Shown: positions 56,642-64,000 of the stretch, in pieces
Layout: each line of letters opens with the position of its first letter
Position numbering within the stretch: the first letter of the stretch is position 1
IMG/VR virus record: IMGVR_UViG_3300043411_001777
Span: 124,001 to 188,000 of that record
Reading direction: 5' to 3' (one strand)
Length of the DNA stretch: 64,000 bases
Program-made: the position numbers and the translations under genes
The notes under the pieces: generated by a model
Database searches by the model: none
Seen by the model: the letters and a program-made list of their open reading frames with translations, nothing else
Told to the model about the DNA's origin: nothing

Positions 56642-58972
56642 TTACTTTTCAACCGTGAAATACGCCGAGGAAGCAAAGACGGAAACGAGCCCGCCATCAG
56701 GAACCTCGAAAAAGGTCCCCTCCTTCTCCTCTTTCGAGAGCGCCAAGGCCGGATACTTCTGAGCCAATTCCTCAGCATTCATCACTGCTACCCCATCCGG
56801 AACCAGCCCCGTTGCCCCAACCTGGAAAACAAGATCCCTAAACCCGGCGTAACAAGAATCGATCCAATTACCGATCTGGCGAAGCTCCTCATTAAGAGCG
56901 AGGACCCGATCGTCAGCGGACATAGCCTTTAGCGCCACGTATTCCTTGTCGAAAAAGGATGCGAATTCCTTATCCATGATGTCGTCCGCAGCATTAGGCT
57001 TGCCCTTCTTAGGAGGCCCCTTTTCTACCGAAACATCAGCATCCCAAATACCGTCCAACGTCGCCTTAACGGGCCCGCCACCCCGCTTCATTACATAGCG
57101 AGCATCGAAGAAGGCATTACCCGACTTCATCTTGGATGCAGCCGTAAGCTCAACAGTACCCACCACAACCTCAAAAGAGGTACGGGCGTCCACCTCACCA
57201 TTAGCGATCGCGTCCTCCAACTTAACGTAAGTATTAGTCGTCGGGAACGAAACGTAAAGGGAGGGGCTCAAGTAATGAGCCTTCAGCTCGGCAATCTGCT
57301 CCGCCGTGTATTCCGTGGACGAACCCTTCAAGGTCGCCTTCAAGAGCTTTTGACGAGCGGTCATCCTGAACAGCTCACGAACATCGTTACCAGATGGGAG
57401 CTGGGCTGCCTTATCACCCACCACAGGGAATTCAGACAGCGCGATCTTTACGGGCGCGTTCGGGTCAAACCCATCCACAGGCACGAACCCAGCCTTCGCT
57501 AGACAGGCCCAGGCTCGCTTGTTAGACACCTTCACCATTAGGTGAGAAGCATTGACCGCACCATCACCCACAATCGTGTAGGCGCGGAAATCCGACAGCT
57601 TTAGAGGGATGCCCGCAACCTCATGGATGGGCTTGCCGGTCTTCCGGTTCACCAGCTCAATCGCTTGAGCGATTGTGATGTTTGCCGTCGGGCTACTGCG
57701 GTTCACATCTACAGACGTGACCGACACCCACTCATCAGTCCCAACGGGCTCCGTTTTGAGCGTGGGCTCTTCCAAAGAACCGTCCTCTTTCCGGATACCC
57801 GCAACCCGCTTTAACCCACGACGCTTATAGATAGACTGCAAGTCGGGCAGGTTAATCCGGATGGAATCCTTGTTAGCTTCCAAGATATCCAGGAAGTCCA
57901 ACACAGAGGACCCGCCGAACCCAGGAACCCCATAATTACACACCTCGTCGAGAACCGTGTTGAAGACACGGAACTCGCAAGCCTCAGCAAAGGCCGCCAA
58001 ATCTGGGTTGGTCAACGCCCGATAATTGTCCAGGGTGAACTTCTTATTCCGAGTCGAACACAGGGCAAACTTAGCCTGATTGATCAGGCCTTCCGACAAG
58101 GAAGCCTTAATGAAGGCACATAGCGCCTTCATATCGATATCCTGAGCGTCGGAAGTTGTTCCCGTCACCTTATAGAAGCGCAGGATTCGAGCCCCTTCTG
58201 GGCTGGCACCCCTAACGGTCAGGGCATTACGGCTTCCAAGAATCTTCTTATCCGCATTTGACACATACACCACAAAATCGGCACCCTCAGTAGGGATTTC
58301 GATTGTGGGTACAGTCTTACCTGCCAACTGACTAAACCCAGCGTGCAAGCCCTCGTATACCTGCTTCGCATTTTTGGCCCGAATCGTCGACCCACTCAGC
58401 TTGTTACTGATGCTCGCGAGGAACTGAAAATCACAGTAGTCACTGTAACCTATGGTATTGACGAATACTCCGGGGTGCTTTTGGAGAGCCTGGACGTATA
58501 GATCCACGTCCCTACGCTCTGTCGTAGGGGAATAGTCGTTAGCATAACCATCCGTGTGGAGAGAAATGCACGTCAGCTCACCCTCCCGAACAAGAGATTC
58601 CGCAAGCTTTAGGCTCTGCGAGATACAGGTCATTGCCGTTGCACGAATGCTACGAAGTTCCTTTAGGAAGGAACTGCCCGCCTGCACAATTTCGGCTACG
58701 GGAACACGGGAGAAATGAAGCTTGACGTCCCCATGAGACGAATAGGAAATGAGGGAGACTAGCATTTCCGGCGTGTGGAATTCTTCCAACGTCAGGAGCT
58801 TTTCGATCATAACCTTTGCATCATCGATAGAGCCATACATCGAACCAGAACGGTCGATATCGATGATATGGTGGCCGGGTTGAGCCGTTGCCTGGAGCTG
58901 TGGGACAGGCGACTCCACCGCCTGCCAAAAAGAATGGATCTGCCCATCGTACTTCCGAAGTGTAAACTGCAT
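56642..58972 (-). CDS. von Willebrand factor A (vWA) domain protein with long C-terminal region
   Basis: 776 aa. Intact MIDAS motif DIDRSGSM...MTCISQSL...LHTDGYAND. Confidence 0.85.
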   Translation of the reverse strand: MQFTLRKYDGQIHSFWQAVESPVPQLQATAQPGHHIIDIDRSGSMYGSIDDAKVMIEKLLTLEEFHTPEMLVSLISYSSHGDVKLHFSRVPVAEIVQAGSSFLKELRSIRATAMTCISQSLKLAESLVREGELTCISLHTDGYANDYSPTTERRDVDLYVQALQKHPGVFVNTIGYSDYCDFQFLASISNKLSGSTIRAKNAKQVYEGLHAGFSQLAGKTVPTIEIPTEGADFVVYVSNADKKILGSRNALTVRGASPEGARILRFYKVTGTTSDAQDIDMKALCAFIKASLSEGLINQAKFALCSTRNKKFTLDNYRALTNPDLAAFAEACEFRVFNTVLDEVCNYGVPGFGGSSVLDFLDILEANKDSIRINLPDLQSIYKRRGLKRVAGIRKEDGSLEEPTLKTEPVGTDEWVSVTSVDVNRSSPTANITIAQAIELVNRKTGKPIHEVAGIPLKLSDFRAYTIVGDGAVNASHLMVKVSNKRAWACLAKAGFVPVDGFDPNAPVKIALSEFPVVGDKAAQLPSGNDVRELFRMTARQKLLKATLKGSSTEYTAEQIAELKAHYLSPSLYVSFPTTNTYVKLEDAIANGEVDARTSFEVVVGTVELTAASKMKSGNAFFDARYVMKRGGGPVKATLDGIWDADVSVEKGPPKKGKPNAADDIMDKEFASFFDKEYVALKAMSADDRVLALNEELRQIGNWIDSCYAGFRDLVFQVGATGLVPDGVAVMNAEELAQKYPALALSKEEKEGTFFEVPDGGLVSVFASSAYFTVEK

Positions 58973-59072
58973 ATTGGTGCCTTGTAAGTTGAGTTATGTC
59001 CTTAAGTGGACTTTCAACTTTACCGGACACCCACCACAATCGCACTCAGAACGTTGGTTTTTCAGAGCCACC

Positions 59073-60002
59073 TCAAATGTAAGACCGCGGAGAAAGTACC
59101 CCACGACCCAATCTTGGGCCCATCGCGCTCGTTAATCCGATTCCAAACCGAGGTTGTGAGAGACCCTTAATGTACTTGACGGTCTCTTTCTTCGTCTCTT
59201 TAGCTGATTCCATTCGGCCGTTTGCCAGCTCAGCCAAAGATTGGAATTTGTCTGCCTTAGAGATGTCAAGGCTAACCCCTCCAATACTGTACGAAAATTC
59301 GTCCTGGACCCAATTTACAGCCAAAGCAAACATGGCCCAATGAACAGCGCTCCAAAAGACGGGTGTACGCCACGCAGCTTGCTGTTGAACCAATTGGTCA
59401 AGTCCGGGGATAAAAGTCCTCGGAGCCTCCATATTCCACCAATCTAAGCCCATCCGCAGGTACAGCTCTAACTCGTAATCCTCCCAGACACGACCGAAAA
59501 TGCGGTTGTAGCTGCCGATCCTAGCCTCGTGCTCGGGAGGTCTGAAATGATAAAACTGATCAGGCGCCTGGTCCCGAATTAGGATCCTCAAATCCCTTAT
59601 AAGTTGAGTAGTTGCAGCGCTATAGCCAACCGTGGATAGCTGCCCCTCTCCAACAACGGTGAATTCCTGAGCCACCAATTGAACCGTGGACCCGGCATTC
59701 TGTTTGAACGTCCACTTAATCCGATATGTCCCTGATTGGGCGGTAGAAGGCACATGGAAATGCGCGTAGTATTCTCCAACGATTGGATTTTCCGGAGTCC
59801 GAGTTGCGGACCCAATCAACACTTCTGCCTCAGGGGGCCCTACATCCACGAGATAGATCGCATAGGTTATCTCATAAGCGTTTGTGGGGTTGTCATCGGA
59901 ATCCTCCAAAAAGATGGTGAGGTCTCCGCGTTCCGTGGTGTCTCCTGGTTCAAACGAGCTGGCCATTCTTCCCCCTAAACGGAAAAGGCTTTGTTGGTTC
60001 AA
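59073..60002 (-). CDS. Putative head-tail adaptor/neck protein
   Basis: Alternative ATG at 59966. The N-terminus is Ig-like (GEYYAHF...GTYRIKWTF). The C-terminus LIRDLRILIRD...DYELELYL...SYSIGGVSLDISKADKFQSL is adaptor-like. Confidence 0.55.
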   Translation of the reverse strand: MNQQSLFRLGGRMASSFEPGDTTERGDLTIFLEDSDDNPTNAYEITYAIYLVDVGPPEAEVLIGSATRTPENPIVGEYYAHFHVPSTAQSGTYRIKWTFKQNAGSTVQLVAQEFTVVGEGQLSTVGYSAATTQLIRDLRILIRDQAPDQFYHFRPPEHEARIGSYNRIFGRVWEDYELELYLRMGLDWWNMEAPRTFIPGLDQLVQQQAAWRTPVFWSAVHWAMFALAVNWVQDEFSYSIGGVSLDISKADKFQSLAELANGRMESAKETKKETVKYIKGLSQPRFGIGLTSAMGPRLGRGVLSPRSYI

Positions 60003-60041
60003 AACAAAGCCTTTTCCAGCAATTCCTTATGTCAGTCGGTC

Positions 60042-60941
60042 TTAGATTTCGTTACCGAGATAATCGTATACTACCAGCACTTCATGGGCTCCCGTAGCTG
60101 GGAGCGCATTACCTGCCAAGTCCGTAGCACGGGGCCGTAGGGAGGTAACCTCACCAGCCGCATATGCGAAATTCGGATTCTTGAAGGTCATGGACCCCTT
60201 CATCACAGAAAGATCCCCAACCGCAGCCGACGCATTCAACGAGGTGTTGCGGTAAAAGCGGGGAATGTTTCGGAACCCGGACTCATCCACCGCTATGAAG
60301 CGGCCTGCTTCATAGTAGGTTGAAGTTGCGTTATCGACGGCCGTAGCCCGTTCCGCAGCCGTACGGAACGTCCCACCGTTTGTTGCAATGATGGTGTTCT
60401 TGGCGACGATATAAACTTCACCAGAAAGGATGCGTAGGATTTCTTCTACGGTCCCAAAAGAGTCTCCCTCAGCAAGGCCGGAAGAAGCTACAACACCAGC
60501 GAGCGCGGCATCGATAGCAGCTTCAGTTAGCGGGGTTCCCGCCTCAACAAGCGCAAGGATAGCTTCCGCCATATCCAGAGCTTGTGCTGGGGTGCATACA
60601 GCACCCGCTGCGCCAGCGTCAATACGCTCCCGTAGGTACGCGACCAACCCGTAATCAGCACGGGTCGTGACGTCACTGTCCGCACCGCCACCATCAGTAT
60701 CAGCATCCGCCAATACGACTAGCGTCCGGGTCATCCGGCTTCCCGAAACATAGGCCACCCCAGTGCTATCGAGCACCGTAGCACCAAGTTGGTCAGCGCC
60801 TTGTGGCAGGTATCCGGACTGACCGACGGGGTCGATCGAAGAATTACGCTGTGAGGTGTTGGGCTGAAGATCCTTCAAATGGATATTCATTCCCACCACA
60901 TCATTCCGGCGTGGAACAATGTAGGCCCGTAGAACTGACAT
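60042..60941 (-). CDS. Putative head/neck accessory structural protein, paralog 3
   Basis: 299 aa. It shares N-terminal YI..R.ND...DL.PN.SQ, central GL.AYL and ILRILSGEVY, and C-terminal VVYD..GN motifs with its two upstream neighbours. Confidence 0.6.
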   Translation of the reverse strand: MSVLRAYIVPRRNDVVGMNIHLKDLQPNTSQRNSSIDPVGQSGYLPQGADQLGATVLDSTGVAYVSGSRMTRTLVVLADADTDGGGADSDVTTRADYGLVAYLRERIDAGAAGAVCTPAQALDMAEAILALVEAGTPLTEAAIDAALAGVVASSGLAEGDSFGTVEEILRILSGEVYIVAKNTIIATNGGTFRTAAERATAVDNATSTYYEAGRFIAVDESGFRNIPRFYRNTSLNASAAVGDLSVMKGSMTFKNPNFAYAAGEVTSLRPRATDLAGNALPATGAHEVLVVYDYLGNEI

Positions 60942-61834
60942 TAGACACCTCCAATGACATTGCCGTCATCATCGTAAACAACAACACCGCGCGCAATTCC
61001 TGTAGCAGGGATATGCCCTCCCCCAATATCAAGAGCGGTTCCAGCAGCACCATAGGTGAAACCTTCATTGATCCAGGCGAAGCCATCATCAACAAGGTGG
61101 CTTAGCTGCCCCTCTGCAACGGACATATGCAGCTCACCACAATCGATAATCGTCCGCAACTTACGGAAAGTAACATCCTGGGTTCCGGACTGTGTTGCCG
61201 CAGGAATGCTGACAATGCTAGTCTTATTGTACTTGAACCCGCCAGCAATGGACTTAGTCAAGTTCGGCGCTGTTACGAAAAAGCCGACGGGTGTATGAGT
61301 TGCGCCAGTGCCGGGGAAGGCCCCGCCAGCCCCGGAAACTGCCGAACTTGCAGGAAGCTTGTACACTTCACCACGAAGAATTCGCAGAACGCCAGCAACC
61401 GAACCCGTGGACTCGGAGTTAGCCACCGTGCCGTCAAGGTCCGAGTTGGAGACACCCGCAAACGCATTGATTGCGGTGTTGATGTCGCTAAGCGTGAGGG
61501 GGTTGCCCGCAGCAACCTCATCCAAGATGAGGGCGGCAATTCCATTTGCCATAGTCGCGGTTAGCGTATCATTTGCACCGGCCCCGACCATCTCGACATT
61601 ATCGATCAAGTAAGCGGCGAGGCCGTAGTAGTCCGCATTGGTCTCCAATGCGCCACCACCGGCATCTGTAGTCGCTACTGTGTCATTCTGAACATAGTGC
61701 GACAGATACCCTGTCTGAGGGACAGGAGAGTATGCTGGAATACACTGACTGGAGTTAGGCACCAGATCAGTAATTTGGAGGTCATTTGCATCCAAATCAT
61801 TTCTAGCAAGGACGATATAGGCAAGATCCGCCAT
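60941..61834 (-). CDS. Putative head/neck accessory structural protein, paralog 2
   Basis: 297 aa with an AAGGAG Shine-Dalgarno; same motifs as the other paralogs. Confidence 0.6.
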   Translation of the reverse strand: MADLAYIVLARNDLDANDLQITDLVPNSSQCIPAYSPVPQTGYLSHYVQNDTVATTDAGGGALETNADYYGLAAYLIDNVEMVGAGANDTLTATMANGIAALILDEVAAGNPLTLSDINTAINAFAGVSNSDLDGTVANSESTGSVAGVLRILRGEVYKLPASSAVSGAGGAFPGTGATHTPVGFFVTAPNLTKSIAGGFKYNKTSIVSIPAATQSGTQDVTFRKLRTIIDCGELHMSVAEGQLSHLVDDGFAWINEGFTYGAAGTALDIGGGHIPATGIARGVVVYDDDGNVIGGV

Positions 61835-61845
61835 GGAAATTCTCC

Positions 61846-63024
61846 TTATGCGATGAGGGTGCCGTCATCCGCATAGACGGTGACAAGCCGTTGGCTGGCC
61901 AAATTGACACCAGAAACAGTCAAAGCCTTCTGATACTGGCTAGGAATGAAATTCTGTACGTCACTATCGGGGAAGAGGGTCACGCCCGCAGTGAACCGTG
62001 CTAGATACCCAGCGCTCAGGCTCATTTGAAATGAAGTGCCATCCACAGTGCCGCGGATCGGCTTGCGCTCAACGGACTCGGTATCACCAGTAGCGAGCAA
62101 CGGCCGAATCTCACCCTGAACCATCTGGCTGTCCCAAACAGTGCGGGTACGGGTAAAGGAACCCTGAACCACCGTGTTAAAAATGGTTAGAGGAAGGTCG
62201 GCCGCAACCAAAACTTGGCTGCCCTTGGGGAGGAAGTATTCCCGACCTGCAAGGATCGAAAGGATGTCTGCAACCGTTGCTGTAGATCCACCACCAGTTA
62301 GACTGGTCCCGGCCACCACCGCTGCAAGAACAGTGTTGATATTCGAGGCCGCGAGGGCCTGGCCCGCGTCTACACGCGCAATCAGAGCCGCAGCAGCTTC
62401 GGCAAGGTCCGCAGCAGACCAGGCCATTGTTGCCTTTGTCAGGACTGCACTAGAAACCGCCAAACGGGTTCCGTTGGACGAAACCACCGTACCCTCTGTG
62501 AGGTACGTATTGTCCGAGCCACCCGCCGTGAGGGTAACCACCGCCAGGGTACCACCACCGTTAGTTGCAGTAATAGTCCGACCACCGCCAAGGGCCGCTG
62601 TGATTAGTGCCTGAGTTGCAGCGTGCTGCACCGCAGCAACAAAAGAGGTTGCGTCCTGGATGTCTGTCCCGTTCTGAGCAAACACCTGATTTGGTAGGTC
62701 AGCCGCACCAGCCGCAGTGATTTCAACCCCGGCAATTGTTACCGTATCAGCAACGGATACGTTGGCGAGGGTGACCGTTGCAGTAGGAGCAACCGTTCCA
62801 GCGGGAACAACATTGTCTAGCAAATACGCCTGTAGGCCTCGCGCGTCAGCGACCGTCTTACCCGTTGTGGCACTGTAGCGGACGTTGTTGTTCTGAGCGC
62901 GGTTTACATACCGGTTCTGTGGGGGTGGATCAATAGACCCATTCCGCTGGGAAGCATTGGGGAGCAAGTCCCACAAATGGACAATTCCGTCGGGAAGATC
63001 ATGTGCTAGACAAATGTATGGCAT
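61846..63024 (-). CDS. Putative head/neck accessory structural protein, paralog 1 (carries the inserted shared module)
   Basis: 392 aa with an AGGAG Shine-Dalgarno; same motifs plus a ~112-aa insert. Confidence 0.6.
   Translation of the reverse strand: MPYICLAHDLPDGIVHLWDLLPNASQRNGSIDPPPQNRYVNRAQNNNVRYSATTGKTVADARGLQAYLLDNVVPAGTVAPTATVTLANVSVADTVTIAGVEITAAGAADLPNQVFAQNGTDIQDATSFVAAVQHAATQALITAALGGGRTITATNGGGTLAVVTLTAGGSDNTYLTEGTVVSSNGTRLAVSSAVLTKATMAWSAADLAEAAAALIARVDAGQALAASNINTVLAAVVAGTSLTGGGSTATVADILSILAGREYFLPKGSQVLVAADLPLTIFNTVVQGSFTRTRTVWDSQMVQGEIRPLLATGDTESVERKPIRGTVDGTSFQMSLSAGYLARFTAGVTLFPDSDVQNFIPSQYQKALTVSGVNLASQRLVTVYADDGTLIA
62449..62784 (-). repeat. Shared module, copy 2
   Basis: TATVTLANVSVADTVTIAGVEITAAGA...GTDIQDATSFVAAVQHAATQAL...TATNGGGTLAVVTL...VVSSNGTRLAVSS. 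Confidence 0.9.
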
Positions 63025-63084
63025 ATTCCACTCCTATCAGCTCTCTAACCTAAGAGAAAGCTATAAACCGAAAAGCGCAGGTTT

Positions 63085-64000
63085 TTACTGCGAAGTCGAA
63101 GAATCGAGATTCGCCTGTACCGAAAATGACATTGGGGAAGCCCCCGCCGCAGCCAACACGATTTCCTTGAACCTCCCAAGAATTTCGACGGTCTCACCTT
63201 GACCAATAGAGTACATGGGCAAACCCAACCCTAAGGAATACAAAAGGGTGCCAGACGTTTCGTTGTTCCGGATAAAGCCTTCTCGGCTTCCTCGTGGAAG
63301 AACAATATGAAGCGGGGGTGGGGTAGCAGAGGTCAAATCATACGCCGGGTAATTTCCTGAAGAACATCCCGTATTGGCGGGAGCCGTTCCGCCAAACGTA
63401 TACGACGCCTCCGGCATCGTGAAAAAGTGCGCTGGAGGAACTACGTGAACCGGGCCCCAAATCGGGACACCTGTATTGACAGTGCCACCAACCGTTCTGG
63501 GAGACGTTAACACTTCCTGGAGACGGTAAAAGGCCATCTGGTCGTCGAACGGGACGTTACGGACAAAATCCAAGGTTCCACTAGAAACCGCTAACCGAAC
63601 TCCGTTAGAGCTGACCACAGTTACGGCGTCGTAAGCCGCAGCCGTTGACCCTGCATAGAGAGTCACAACAGCCCCATCAGCAACAGCAGTAACGACCAAA
63701 CCGCCGCCAATAGCCGCAGTGATTAACGCCTGACTTGCGGCGTGGTTAATAGCAGCAGCAAGGGATGTGGCATCTGCCGTATCCGTACCCCCCTGTGAGA
63801 AAATCTGATTCGGTAAGTCAGCAACACCCGCGGCTACAAAGTCAACCCCCTGAATGGTTACCGTGTCAGCGACGTTAACCGAAGCCAACGTTACACTAGC
63901 TTTTGCCACAGAGCTGTTGTTTCCAATGAAATCTTCTACGTTGAACAGTGCCCGTGCTAAGCCCTTATTTCCCTCTCCGTATAGACCAAGCTTACGGTTG
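63085..64000 (-). CDS. Putative structural protein (5' end beyond the window) containing shared module copy 3
   Basis: The track start (GTG at 63909) is probably not the true start. The frame stays open to the window edge (..NRKLGLYGEGNKGLARALFNVEDFIGNNSSVAKASVTL..). Confidence 0.65.
   Translation of the reverse strand, partial: NRKLGLYGEGNKGLARALFNVEDFIGNNSSVAKASVTLASVNVADTVTIQGVDFVAAGVADLPNQIFSQGGTDTADATSLAAAINHAASQALITAAIGGGLVVTAVADGAVVTLYAGSTAAAYDAVTVVSSNGVRLAVSSGTLDFVRNVPFDDQMAFYRLQEVLTSPRTVGGTVNTGVPIWGPVHVVPPAHFFTMPEASYTFGGTAPANTGCSSGNYPAYDLTSATPPPLHIVLPRGSREGFIRNNETSGTLLYSLGLGLPMYSIGQGETVEILGRFKEIVLAAAGASPMSFSVQANLDSSTSQ
63577..63903 (-). repeat. Shared module, copy 3
   Basis: KASVTLASVNVADTVTIQGVDFVAAGVADLPNQIF.QGGTDTADATSLAAAINHAASQAL...VVSSNGVRLAVSSG. 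Confidence 0.9.

Noticed and set aside
63038-63061. Hairpin upstream of the 392-aa gene
   Set aside because: Only a 5-bp plus 3-bp bulged stem; not distinguishable from chance.
63977-63986. Fourth copy of the GTCTAT promoter-like motif
   Set aside because: It lies in the open reading frame upstream of the 63909 GTG (GGT CTA TAC = Gly-Leu-Tyr), so it is probably coding.
1-64000. Stop-codon reassignment, as seen in some large phages
   Set aside because: The standard code gives near-complete coding density, and TAA, TGA and TAG all occur at gene ends (for example TAG at 51861).
1-64000. CRISPR arrays, tRNA/rRNA genes, transposases, reverse transcriptase or DGR
   Set aside because: I saw no regularly spaced repeats, tRNA-like cloverleafs or matching ORFs, and the intergenic gaps are too short. 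A tRNAscan/Infernal run would be needed to exclude small RNAs formally.

Overview
This window is a dense, almost entirely minus-strand segment of a large contractile-tailed (myovirus-like, probably jumbo) bacteriophage genome, covering the virion morphogenesis region. In transcription order (high to low coordinates) it carries: a window-truncated structural gene; three tandem paralogous probable head or neck accessory proteins; a neck/adaptor-like gene; an interposed non-structural block (vWA protein, double-domain ThyX, YspA/DUF2493-like SLOG protein, MazG-like pyrophosphohydrolase); a head-closure-like protein; a UvrD/PcrA-family helicase with large insertions; neck and tail-completion-like genes; an FmdB-type zinc ribbon; a 1874-aa tail sheath; the tube; two chaperone-position genes; the tape measure; two tube-initiator-like paralogs; a baseplate hub with an inserted amidase; the spike; a 3690-aa giant structural protein; gp25-, J- and I-like wedge proteins; and a truncated tailspike-like gene. 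The only credible plus-strand gene is a lipoprotein-signal C39-like cysteine peptidase set antisense inside the baseplate module. The most unusual signal is a ~105-115-aa module present in three different structural proteins. Two of the copies (sheath and a head-region paralog) are about 75% identical by hand alignment and are inserted in frame into loops of unrelated host folds. Other recurring plug-in modules occur across the virion proteins. I also found three small ORFs missing from the supplied track and two long perfect hairpins without U-tails, one of which occludes a TTG start. All family assignments come from motif recognition and gene order by eye; no database searches were run.
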